Shown here in pieces: positions 39,166 through 50,003 of a stretch of 64,000 nt of DNA. The DNA lies in assembly GCF_037042905.1 (NCBI RefSeq), contig NC_087245.1:39620001-39684000 (forward strand), written 5' to 3'. The translations under genes were made by a program, and so were the position numbers. Position 1 is the first letter of the stretch. Each line of letters starts with the position of its first letter. Below the pieces are notes generated by a model. It saw nothing but the letters and a program-made list of their open reading frames with translations. It did no database searches and was not told the DNA's origin. This stretch comes from Lytechinus pictus. Lineage: Eukaryota.

Positions 39166-39826
39166 CGGCAAATCAGTATGCAGAATTGTTTGACTAAAAA
39201 TATCACGTCATGATTCCTGAAGTAAAATTTTATGCAACAGATTTATGTCAACACTTATGTTGATGTCATGATTCAGGGATTTATGTCATAAATAATGACA
39301 TATAACTTGTATGCAACAGGGCCCAGGAATGTTACTATAAAAGTCATGTTTATATAATGGGGCACAGCAGAGCTCTCCATCAACATTTCCTTGGTTTTGA
39401 CTGGATGAGAAGCATGGGTGTCTGTTACCATGGTAACTTTCAGATAATGACAGCTTCTCAGTGCTGGCAACTTTCATGAAATGGTCCCCCGGGTTCTGCT
39501 GCATTGAAGTTCACACTATGTTATCTTTGCCATCCAATTGTAATTACCATAGTGACAATGCCCAACAACCAATCAAAATCAAGGGTTACCATGAATTAAC
39601 CTTCGGGTAGCAAGGTTACCTTTTATGCAACCGACCCCAGCGGCCCATAACATAAAACTAAGTGATTGATCATGGGGCTTTTTTTTACGATTGATCATAC
39701 ACAGTAATGAATGCAATCAATTATGGAAATCACTCCTACATTCAACCATTACGCTTTATGTTATGTGACCCACGACTTACTTTGGAAGAACAATTACAAT
39801 ACACAACAAGCTGGCAAGAGCTCCCG

Positions 39827-39940
39827 CTATGAGTCCTCCTCTGTTTGTCTAATTGAGCCGGTGGGTTTGGTGATGTAGTCACTGGTGGAAAAGACTTCAG
39901 GGGCCGCGAACTTCTTCTGTTTGGTGGCGGTTATTTTTTT
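39827..39940 (-). CDS. BLOC1S4: BLOC1S4/BCAS4-like coding exon 5 (stop)
   Basis: CAG acceptor. Encodes KKITATKQKKFAAPEVFSTSDYITKPTGSIRQTEEDS* with TAG at 39829-39827. A consensus GTAAGT donor follows at 39780-39775. Confidence 0.85.
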   Translation of the reverse strand, partial: KKITATKQKKFAAPEVFSTSDYITKPTGSIRQTEEDS

Positions 39941-40898
39941 CTGCCAAGAAATGAAATAATTATGGGTTTCCTGGTTGTTAAACCTCTAGGCAAATGAATA
40001 CAAAATGGTGTAATAGGTTTCACGGTACACCATGTATCTTTCTCGGGCAAGTATTGGTCCTGAAAAGGACCACCCAATTTTGATGTTTCGACAAGTGTGT
40101 TCTTGTTGTCCTCAGGAGAAATGCAATATCAATGAATGGAGAAAACAACTGTTTTAGATCAGCTTTTGCATTCGTGGATCAGTTGACACTTCTCATTTCA
40201 AATATAATGACAAACACACCCTATGGCTGATGGTACTAGGTTACCTCTATCAAGTTAACCTGATGTAAGAATTTAATAGCAAACAGTTAAATGGTCATTA
40301 CTGCTTTGGTTTCTCATAATTAAACTATAATTGCAAGGACTTGCGATTCATTTTGATTAGAGTCCATTGCTTTTACTCTGAAGCATTCATCTTGATTAGA
40401 GTCCATTGCTTTTACTCTGAAGCATTAATCTTTATGGATGGAACATGATAAATAAAAATGTATTTCTTACAGTACTGGGTATGAAACAACATGTCTCATC
40501 ATATATCCTGCACAAATCAAATCACTTTTAATTTTTTTAGAAAATAGCATTAAAAAGAAAAACATCACAAATTTTAACAATCCATAACTCTGTATTCTTT
40601 GACAGATCTCCATCAAACCTTTACCAATATATTTCGTTAATTTTCCTTTTACTAAAAACCAACTTATCGTCAGGTTGAATTACCCCTTTAGCTTTATACC
40701 CGTAACAGAAGTGAATCCAGAGTTGTACTTTTAACGCCCGGTCCAGAATTGAGGATTAAGCAAAAAAAAATGTCATCAGTCCAACATTAACGAGATTTAG
40801 ACATTTTACAGGGTGTGCCCTCACCTCCTGCTCCCCCCCCCCCACCATCCCCCATCCCTGACCCTTGCCTGCCTACAGTAAGCTCTCTAATGACTTAC

Positions 40899-41021
40899 TG
40901 AAAAGAGTGGTAATGAGCTGAATAGCGACTTGATGGAATTAAGAGTCCCAAGATCTTTCTCTGCAGTGTTGACAAGTTCCTCGTAGGCATCAACATTCTT
41001 TCTTACAATGGATACAAATTC
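40899..41021 (-). CDS. BLOC1S4: BLOC1S4/BCAS4-like coding exon 4
   Basis: CAG acceptor and GTAAGT donor. Encodes EFVSIVRKNVDAYEELVNTAEKDLGTLNSIKSLFSSLPLFS. Confidence 0.9.
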
Positions 41022-41690
41022 CTGCAACATAAAAACAGTTTGCAAAAAAAAAAGTATATCTCATGAGCAGCTAATAGACCAGTTCGTAGTTACTTCATGG
41101 ACAATTTTGGTCAAATGACCTTTCATTTCTTTCATTATGATAGGCAGATTTCAAAGCAAGATATTACGTAAGCAAGCCTTACATAGCAGGATGAAGAAAT
41201 TGAATAGACCAGGTGACTATAATAGCACATCAATGAAAACTCTATGAAGGTATTTTTTGCATTTCTACTATGAATGCATATTAGAGTATGTTGTACAATG
41301 TACTCGGCAAACTGTGAAATATACCAGTCATTTGTGGACGCATTGTTTTTTTTTGTGAATGTAAATGAAAAACACAATTTAAAAGAATATATGAATAATC
41401 AAGACATCAAAGTTGGTGCTTATCTCATTAGATTTTTTAAACCACCGTGTCACTTTAGCACCAATGACCTTCCTCTGATCATGCGCAGAGTGGAACTACG
41501 AACTGGGTTATTTGGTCTGTGACATGGAGGATTCAGCAATGGCCACAGAGGTGATAAAGAGCTATGTCTGTTCTGCTTTAACAACTCTTATTACAGACAG
41601 TTTTCACAGCTTTACCGACGCCACATCAGCCAGACATGTAAACTGATGATTGGTCTACTTGCCATGGACTCATCCTACATGGTCTCATTC

Positions 41691-42130
41691 CAGACCTGCC
41701 AACCTCTGGGAATGAAAAACTGTATTCTGTGTAAAAAAAAAATGTATTTTTCCCCAAAAAAGTGCATTTCATAATAAAATGCTTGGCGCGCTCGCTCATC
41801 GCGGCGCTCAAGCTGCATGCAAGCTAAAATGCGCACTGCTCTTGCAGATGAAAAAAACATTAAAACATGTGTATATATACAGTATCTTCACACTGGTTTT
41901 AACAAAATGATTGAAAAAAAAAAGTTACCTGAAATTACATTGATCTATTAACCATATTTGTGTACGTTTTATGAAATAGAGACATGTAGAGATTATTTTT
42001 CTCAATAAATTACGATTTAGTAAGTTTTTTTTTATACAAAAAACATATTTTTCAAAGAAAAAATGTACTGCCGTATTTTGGTGGCAAAAACGTACTAAAT
42101 ACGGCTAAAACGTACTGGTTGGCAGGTCTG
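41691..42130. mobile_element. hAT-like MITE
   Basis: TIR CAGACCTGCCAACC ... GGTTGGCAGGTCTG, flanked by TCATTC/TAATTC. Confidence 0.8.
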
Positions 42131-42467
42131 TAATTCCAGTTCATTTACAACCAGCTCGACGACTAACCGTTTGGTCTAATTGCCTTTTATTTTTAGACCA
42201 TTTACCATTTTGTCTAAGTTCCAGTAAGGCTAACACCATTATGTTAACAAATAACAATAGCTACATTTATATACCACTTAATACTTGACATTTCTGAGCA
42301 TCTGATTCTGGCATGCCCGCACACAATGTTCCAAGACTCAACGTCTAGGCAGTTTACAAACGTACATATGTGCAGTCATATATCCTGCGCACAGGTGGAT
42401 ACATACAGTATAAGTACAAGCTAAGTAAAATACTTACGAAATCAATACTTCTGCATACCAGCCTTAT

Positions 42468-43263
42468 GGGGCATTGCAAGAAACTTGCGATCAATCGCAA
42501 GTCTGTTTTCAGTCCCTAAATCAATTGTAAGTCTTGAAATCAATTGCAAATTTGCGATTGATTGCTAATCTGCTTCTTGATACAAGGAGTGTATTCTACA
42601 TTGCTACAGTCAAAAATTGATCTATCAATTGTAAAATTGCAACAGATAATTTGCAATTGATTGCAAACATTTTCTTGCAACACCCCCCTAGCCTTGGTTA
42701 ATTTTCATTTGGTCTAATGCCAATCCGTGCAATTGCCAACTCGTCTACTCTCATTCGGTCTACCATCAGTTGGTCCAATATCCACATTAATGGGGTGTTG
42801 CAAGAAACTTGCGATCAATGGCAAGTGTATTTTTGGTCCCTAAATCAATCATAATGTCTTGCAATTAATTGCAAATTAGTGATTGATTGCTAATTTGCTC
42901 CATAAAACAAGGAGTTTAATCTGATTTGCAATAACTAACGTTGATCTAGCAATTGTAAAATTGCAACAGAATATTTGCAATTGATCGCAAATATTTTCTT
43001 GCAACACCCCTTTAGTCCATATACCATTTGGTCTAATTAGACTAAGTGTTAATTGGGCAAAATTAATGAAAATGAAAACAAATATTAGACCAACTGGTTA
43101 CGAGACGAAATGGTCATAGATCAACTGGTGATTAGACGAGGTGATGATTGGACCAAATGGTTGTTGGACGAAATGTTGATGGACGGAATGGCATTAGACT
43201 ATAAAGTGAAGGTAGACCATGTGGTGAGTGGACGAATTGGTAGTCGACGTATTGGCAATTTAC
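42468..43263. mobile_element. Two copies of a GGGGYRTTGCAAGAAA MITE (42468-42688, 42792-43010), the second nested in an AATTGCCAA-TIR element (42730-43263)
   Basis: TIR pairs are visible and the two copies are similar to each other. Confidence 0.75.
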
Positions 43264-43465
43264 CGTTAGCCTTAATCTCAAGAAGGTTACTTTCCTCTCT
43301 CATCTGTCTATCCCTCATCTTTCAATTCCCAATCAAAGTCTTTCATTCTCCTAAAATTCTCTTCATTCCATCATCCCAATTCACATGGCAAATCATAGGT
43401 CTCTTCAGTGTCAAATTCATACGAATCCCCATTTTCTTTCTTAATCCCCTCTAATTTTTATTTAC

Positions 43466-43567
43466 CTCCAGCTGATCAATCCGTGTAAATATTTTCTCCA
43501 TGTTCTTGGCTTTGGTTTGAATTTCTGGAAGACTTCTGTTCAAGGCAAGGGAGGAGTCTGTTCTTAC
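43466..43567 (-). CDS. BLOC1S4: BLOC1S4/BCAS4-like coding exon 3
   Basis: TAG acceptor and GTAAA donor. Encodes VRTDSSLALNRSLPEIQTKAKNMEKIFTRIDQLE (family IDxLE motif). Confidence 0.9.
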
Positions 43568-43816
43568 CTAAAAAATAAACAAATTAGAAATACAGCCAAC
43601 TTGAGTACAGCAAGGGCCTGTTTCACAAAACTTTTTTTTCATTCAATAACAGTTTAAAGCTACAGAAATCATTAAATTTGATTGGTTGATAGTATACTTA
43701 GAAATAAGATATTTGTTATTCTAACAATATTTCATAAAAAAGGTACCAGGTATTCAGTTCTAAGCCATAGATGACACAACACTGTAAGCTCTCCTAATTA
43801 ATCTGAATGAAATTAA

Positions 43817-44669
43817 CCCTTTGAACCTGAAAAGCCGGAATACCGCCTTAACTATGAACACACATATACCCGAAATGCCAGAATACCGGCTTTAAGTCAT
43901 GTGATTGGAAAAGCAAGGGTTTTAGATATCAGGTGACCTGTCAAAATGATATCAATTTAGAGATATTTAGTCAAAAACTTCAGTTTATTATTTTGTCGAT
44001 GATTGGCTTTCATTCATAAGGTTTTAGCATAAAAAATTACCCAAATATACTACCCTACCAAGGAGGCTTGTGAAATAATACACTGCCAGGGTTCCCACAG
44101 AAATTTGAAAACAGAATTCCATGACTTCCCGTGATGTCCCGGGAGAAATTTGGTATGTCACAAAACTGGGAAAAATGGCAATCATGAACACCAATTATAA
44201 TAGCAGAGTATGTTCACAGAGTATGAGAGTTGCGAGACACGACAAACTGGAAAGCTGCCATAGCCAGGAGGTAAATGCATTTCAATGACTTTACAAAAAT
44301 TTTCCAAATTCCCTGACTTTTCCCTGACCACAAATTTTTCCAGGATTTTCCATGACTATTAAAACCTGACGGCGAGTCATATACAGACTATGCATAAGCT
44401 ATTTTCGAAGTTTACTTCTGTCACTCAAAGCAGTGATTTTGAGACAAAACTTGAGATTATCGTTTGTACGGGAAGCTATACATTGGCCAGGTCCGGCGGG
44501 GTACTGGCAGAGTAAAGGTGCTGCAGTAATGGCTGGGCTAGAATCATGAGAATAGGAGATCATTTATTTCAAATGTCATGCATTCCTTCATTTTGCCGAT
44601 TAGTTTGACATCTGCAAATAATTCAGGGTGAGGGTCATGATCATTCCAATTAATTCAGGGTTCAAAGGG
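43817..44669. mobile_element. piggyBac-like MITE (TTAA TSD) with a nested hAT-like insert (~44087-44368)
   Basis: TTAA|CCCTTTGAACC ... GGTTCAAAGGG|TTAA. Confidence 0.8.
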
Positions 44670-44784
44670 TTAAGGTTGAAGTTCTAACCTCTATTTCATA
44701 CATCCTCCCATGAAAAGAACACCTGATCAATCTACTGATGGGCTTGATAAAAGTGAGAATTTATTTGAAGTAAAATATGTAAGA

Positions 44785-45170
44785 TAATAATAATAATAAT
44801 AATTAGACTTATATCGCGCCGAATTCACTCTGTAGAATGCTCACGGCCCTTTTTAGAAAATTATAAAGGAAATTAAGAAGAATTGAAGAGAAATGTTTTA
44901 AGATATTGTTTGAAAGTTTCAGAGGTCAAGCACTGTTTAATGTTTTCAGGGAGGCTATTCCATAACTTGAAAAGATCGTTCCCCCCAGGTTTTGGAAACT
45001 TTGGGGGTAACGAGAGAACTGGAAGAGGAGGAACGTAAGGATCTTGATTGGGTATAACTTTTGATCAGTGAAATGAGGTACTGGGAAGAAGAGCCATGGA
45101 CACAGTGGAAAGTTAACAACAAAATCTTGAATATATTACGTTGTTTTACAGGGAGCCAATGTAAGATAGT
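44785..45170 (-). mobile_element. L2 LINE 3' fragment
   Basis: LHWLPVKQRNIFKILLLTF...RSLRSS...WGERSF, with a (TTA)n tail. Confidence 0.85.
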
Positions 45171-45378
45171 AATGGGGGAGTTGCACAGGTGTGGCATCAA
45201 CATCTTGTGAATGGCTGCATTGCCAATGGGAGGATATCCACAACACTAGTAATCTCAACATTCAAATGCTTAAATAATTGTCTTATTATTCTCAAACTTT
45301 GATTGCTTTGTTTTCACACGAGCTAACTTGTTCCTAGAATTTCATACTTCTTTAAATTCAGTTCCCATTTAAGTAGCC

Positions 45379-45845
45379 GCCCTTTCACACGGTAAAAAAT
45401 AATCGTAATTTGAATGATGATTCCAGTGAAAAACAAGGCTAATGACAAATTCTTAGCACGTGTGAAACCAAACTAGAATCACAAAGGCTTATCACAATCC
45501 CAATTTCCAATTCTACTCCAGTTCTTATTTCCAGTTAAGTTTCACTCAAATTACGGTACAAACTTTACGTGTGAAAGGCTTGTCCTCCAAAACATCTTTT
45601 TTTTTTGGGGGGGGGGGGGAGCTTATGTGTCCTTTCAAGCACTTTCGTAGATAATACTATTGCCATACACTCATTATCGATGCAGTGCTTTGATTGACAA
45701 GTCACCAAGGACATATACCGCATTCGCTTGGGAATTCAAATTCAAATCACAATTTTCGAGTGAGCGTGTGAAAGGTTTGATGATTCTTAAGACAAATTGC
45801 AATCATCAATACCATGATGATTCAAGATTCATGTGTGAAAAGGGC
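45379..45845. mobile_element. MITE
   Basis: GCCCTTTCACAC ... GTGTGAAAAGGGC, with internal GTGTGAAA repeats. Confidence 0.65.
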
Positions 45846-45865
45846 CTACATGTAGGTCTACTCAC

Positions 45866-45937
45866 CATGTCCACAACTGCACAAAACTCATCAAGTTTGG
45901 TCAGCATTTCTTCAATTTCTTCTTCTAAATGTTGGCT
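45866..45937 (-). CDS. BLOC1S4: BLOC1S4/BCAS4-like coding exon 2
   Basis: TAG acceptor and GTGAG donor. SQHLEEEIEEMLTKLDEFCAVVDM matches the family motif IEEMLxxLDEFC..DM. Confidence 0.9.
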
Positions 45938-47007
45938 CTACAGGCAGGATGAAAGTAAGATAATGTATAAAGTATGAATTAACTAAAAAAAAGAAGATAA
46001 AATTGCTCCTAATGCAATTTTTTAAAGTCATACCGGGGCCCTGTAACATAATAGTTAGCGAATGATCACTGAGGCATATTCTATGATTGATTTTACCGAT
46101 TATTGTGAATGATCAATTGTAAAAATCAGCTCCATGGTCAATTGCTAAGCTTTATGCTTCAGACATCTGCCGCCCTCTATATGCGTCTCGTAGCTTAGCT
46201 ACTTACAAAGAGGACAAGATGGCCACGTAAACTTCCGTAAGTGAAATCTCATCTTCTCATAATAAATTTTTGCGTTTTTTTCATCATTTATATTGTTTTA
46301 AAAAATATAATCAATATTGTATAAACTTCGAAAATGAAGATCTAGCCCATTTACATGATTCAAAGATCTAGCTAGGTCTTTTGCAGGGAAAGTAGAAATC
46401 TCGGGGGCAAATTTTTTTTACTGTTTTATACAGGTATGTATATGCACATGATTGGGGCACAATCCCTGGCTCCGTGCACTTATAGGAGCATTACATGCCG
46501 CCGTGCACAGGAATTGCGCGAAATTGATAAATTTTACAATATCTAAAATACAATCAAATTGTTCTATTTCACTTACTGAACGATATAAAGTCTCTTTGGC
46601 GACTTCTTTGCATCTATTGGTTAGGAATTGCGCATACACTACATTTCATTCAATATCAAAACGACAGTGATAGCAAACCGTTGCACGAGATGTAAGTCGG
46701 ATGAGGATTCAAACTATGACATTGAGATCGAAGCCGAAATACAGCCGTTCCCGATGCCTGATGTGGCTGAAATTCAGGTCAAGGATCGATTATACTTCTG
46801 ACAAAATTTGAGGTGAAAATAGTTTCCTAGCATCGCCAGATCGGCTTGTGCGAAACTACACTAACGCCAATTACTTAGCATTCCAAACTTGTCATTGACA
46901 TTAGAAAGTCCAAACCTATTCAGCGTGGAGTCTCGTACGAGCACAATCGGCTACGCATGCGCACCAATTCTCTCCGGACACCTGCATGTATGATGGGGGG
47001 AACTTAA

Positions 47008-47588
47008 AGGAGAATGAAACTCTTGGAGCAAGTTAGCTTTTGTGAAAGCAGAAAAATCAAAGAATAAGATCAACAAAACTTTGAGTAAAATAGGACTAGC
47101 AATAAGAGTTATGAGCATTTGAATGTCGAGATCACTAATGCTATGGAGATCCTCCCATTGGCAATGCGACCAAGATCTGTGATGTCACACACGTACAACT
47201 CTCCCATTTGGACACTGAAAATATACCCCAAAACATCTCTTTTTGCTCATTCTAATCATATGACAAACGATTCATCAATGATATAATGTTGTGAAACCTC
47301 TGTACTTGTCATCTCATAAAGAAAACACCTCACCTTGTGATAGACTCTATAAAAGTGATAATATAAGTGAAATAAGTACTAAAGTAATGAGGGAGTTGTA
47401 CGTGTGTGATATCACAGATCTTGGTCGCATTGCCGTTGGGAGGATCTACATGGCACTAGTGATCTCAATATTCGAATGCTCATAACTTTCTTATTATTCA
47501 TTCAATCTTCCTCAAACTTTCAACAATATGTTTCTTTGATTTTTCTCTTTGATATGGATTCAGCTGGTTTCAAGGGTTTCATTCTCCT
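47008..47588. mobile_element. Kolobok-like MITE (TTAA TSD)
   Basis: TTAA|AGGAGAATGAAAC ... GTTTCATTCTCCT|TTAA, with long imperfect TIRs. Confidence 0.85.
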
Positions 47589-48052
47589 TTAAAAGCTACA
47601 CACTTCGTTTACAAACGATAAAAACTATGCCAATTTTAATATTTAAACAAATTATCTTTCACTTATTTGTGGCAAACATTCTTAAGATCATTAACCAAGA
47701 AGGAAATATCACAAAACTCACTAATACGAAAATCCTGCTGTGTTTTCCGAACACCTCTTGATTTTGCCGCCCGATGTAGAAGGGGTCCTAAAGCTAAGCA
47801 CTCGATTTATCATGCAAAAAAAAAGTACTTCCTGTGCCTCAATTTCTAAAATAAGTTCATACTATTATAGGATATGAAATTAAAGCAAATATAACTCCAA
47901 AATGCTTTAGATCAGCGCCGCCCCTAGACCAAAAGCTTTGGTCTCTGTTATATTGGTTGTGAGAGAGTTCTCTCAAAAATGGGATAGAATGGGGTCACAA
48001 TAGCATCCAAAATAAAAGGGGAAAAATAAATTATGCTCTTAGTCTTACCTCA

Positions 48053-48284
48053 TTATATGGATGAAGGTCTATCGTGACACAGAATCCTGACATCGAGGCA
48101 CAAAGTGGACCCTCAAAAAAAGGAAAAGTTCTGTCTCGTTCATTCTCCTTTCAAAATTGAAAACAAAATGGCCGACCAATACCAAGAACGAACGCGACAT
48201 GGAGGTAACTTTTCCTTTTTTTGAGAGTCCAGTTTGTGCCTCAAAGTCAGGATTCTGTGTCACGATAGATCATCATCCATATAA
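48053..48284. mobile_element. Palindromic MITE
   Basis: TTATATGGATGA..CTATCGTGACACAGAATCCTGAC ... inverse, with ~75-bp arms. Confidence 0.8.
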
Positions 48285-48530
48285 ATTATAATCAAGGTAA
48301 GCAGTAGAGGCGCACAGCCAATATGGGAAACTCTCTCCAATAGGGGAGACAATCTCCCATTTGAGCCCCCCTGGATCCGCGCCTGAAACTGACGGCTGCC
48401 AGCTCTCTAAAAAGTTACACGTGTTACGCGATGCCGGCCCGAGGTTCTGTCGCTTGACGCCTGAGCTTCGGCACGACTCGCACTCGGTTTTGAGACAGAC
48501 TTGACCAACAAAACTTACAGTAGTTCTCAC

Positions 48531-48638
48531 CTGTTTCTTTTGCTCTATTTCAAAATAGCTGGCATATTCAGATGCAGCAGGCCTGACACATTCTTCGACA
48601 GAAAATAACCCTTCTGAACTTGCAGTGACTTCTGCCAT
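48531..48638 (-). CDS. BLOC1S4: BLOC-1 subunit 4 (cappuccino)/BCAS4-family gene, coding exon 1
   Basis: ATG at 48638. Encodes MAEVTASSEGLFSVEECVRPAASEYASYFEIEQKKQ, followed by a GTGAG donor, phase 0. Five phase-0 exons splice into an open 172-aa frame. Confidence 0.85.
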
Positions 48639-48639
48639 T

Positions 48640-48780
48640 ATTTGTAATTTCGCAAAATTCTAACAAGACGGACACTTCGACGGATAAAAAGGTAAATATT
48701 GAAAACATGATATACCGTATGCAGCGCGAGATGGCGCTGTTTAATTACTACTCTCCACACTATGATAAGGATCTTGTAGA
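48640..48780 (-). promoter_or_regulatory. Probable 5'UTR/promoter of the BLOC1S4-like gene
   Basis: CpG-containing stretch immediately upstream of the ATG, with an AGATGGCGCTG (YY1/CTCF-like) motif near 48729. Confidence 0.4.
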
Positions 48781-48850
48781 CGGTGTAAGCATAGAGCTAA
48801 TTATAGCTCTATGGTGTAAGGATGAAGATTTCTGAAATAGAAAGAATATG

Positions 48851-49016
48851 CACTGTAAAAAACGAAGTGCTAATTTATCACTTATAGTGCTTGTATAGTG
48901 ACTGCACTACGAGTGCTGATTTTCTAGTTCAAATTTTAACTAGAAAATTAGCACTCGTAGTGCAGTCACTATACAAGCACTGTAATTGCTGAATTAGCAC
49001 TTCATTTTTTACAGTG
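48851..49016. mobile_element. CACTA/EnSpm-like MITE
   Basis: CACTGTAAAAAA ... TTTTTTACAGTG, 2-bp TSD TG. Confidence 0.8.
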
Positions 49017-50003
49017 TGGCGGGAATAAATAACAAGCGAAATTAAATTTTGGGAATTTATGAAAATGAAATTAAGAGAATACATGAATGGCATTTTCCCG
49101 TGAAAGAGCAAAACTCAGAAAATTCACATTGAAAAATTACAAAAAGAAATTAAAGATTTAGAATATCGCTTGACGATCACTTTTCATATTGACATCCAAA
49201 AGGAATTTGAATTACAAAAAAAGAGGAACTAGATAAACTTTTCGACTATTCTCGTCAAGGTCTAAAGGTCCGTTCAAGAGCCTAATGGTCTGAAGAAGGA
49301 GAAAGAAATTCACAGTTCTTTGAACAATTACTTAAATCCAATAAAAGGAGGAGCGCGATTAAGGAGATTTATAAATGAAAATCAGGAAATGGTGCGAGAT
49401 TGCTAAGGTATTATAAAAATCATTCGGGAGTTTTATAAAAAAAAAATTACATGCAAGGTAAAAATCTTGAAACTCGTGATGATATTGAAAATATGTTTTT
49501 TAATGATTTATCCAAATTGAGTAAAGACGATAGAGAGTTATGTGAATATCCGATAACACATGAAGAATGTTTTCAGGCTTTAAAGGAAATGAAATGGAAT
49601 AAATCGCCTGGCAATGATGGTTTTACCGCATTTGGCCACTTTTAGTTAGGGAAGATCATAGTTGAAGCTTTCAATGAGGGTTTTGAAGTTAAAATGTCAA
49701 ATTCGCAGAGACAGGGGGTAATTACTCTAATTGAAAAAGAAGGTAAAAATCCTTTGTACATGAAAAACTACAGGCCGATAACTCTTTTGAATGTAGATTA
49801 TAAGATTTTGTCAAAAGTGTTAGCGACAAGGGTGAAAGAGATCTTGGGAGATATTATTAATTGTGATCAAGTGGGTTATGTCAAAGATCGTAATATTGGG
49901 GAAGCAGTTCGGTTAATATTGATGATATGTTTTTAGTCTTTGTATCAACTTCTAGGTTTTTTAATTGCTGTGGATTTTGAAAAGGCATTCGATTATATCT
50001 CTC

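Noticed and set aside
10660..39180. Intact YR-mobilised giant element or endogenous virus
   Set aside because: The YR is fragmented and internal, and no capsid, polymerase, ATPase or helicase genes were seen.
48273..48530. C-terminal part of the 121-aa ORF 48273-48638
   Set aside because: Read-through into intron 1 past the GTGAG donor. Family similarity continues in exon 2 instead.
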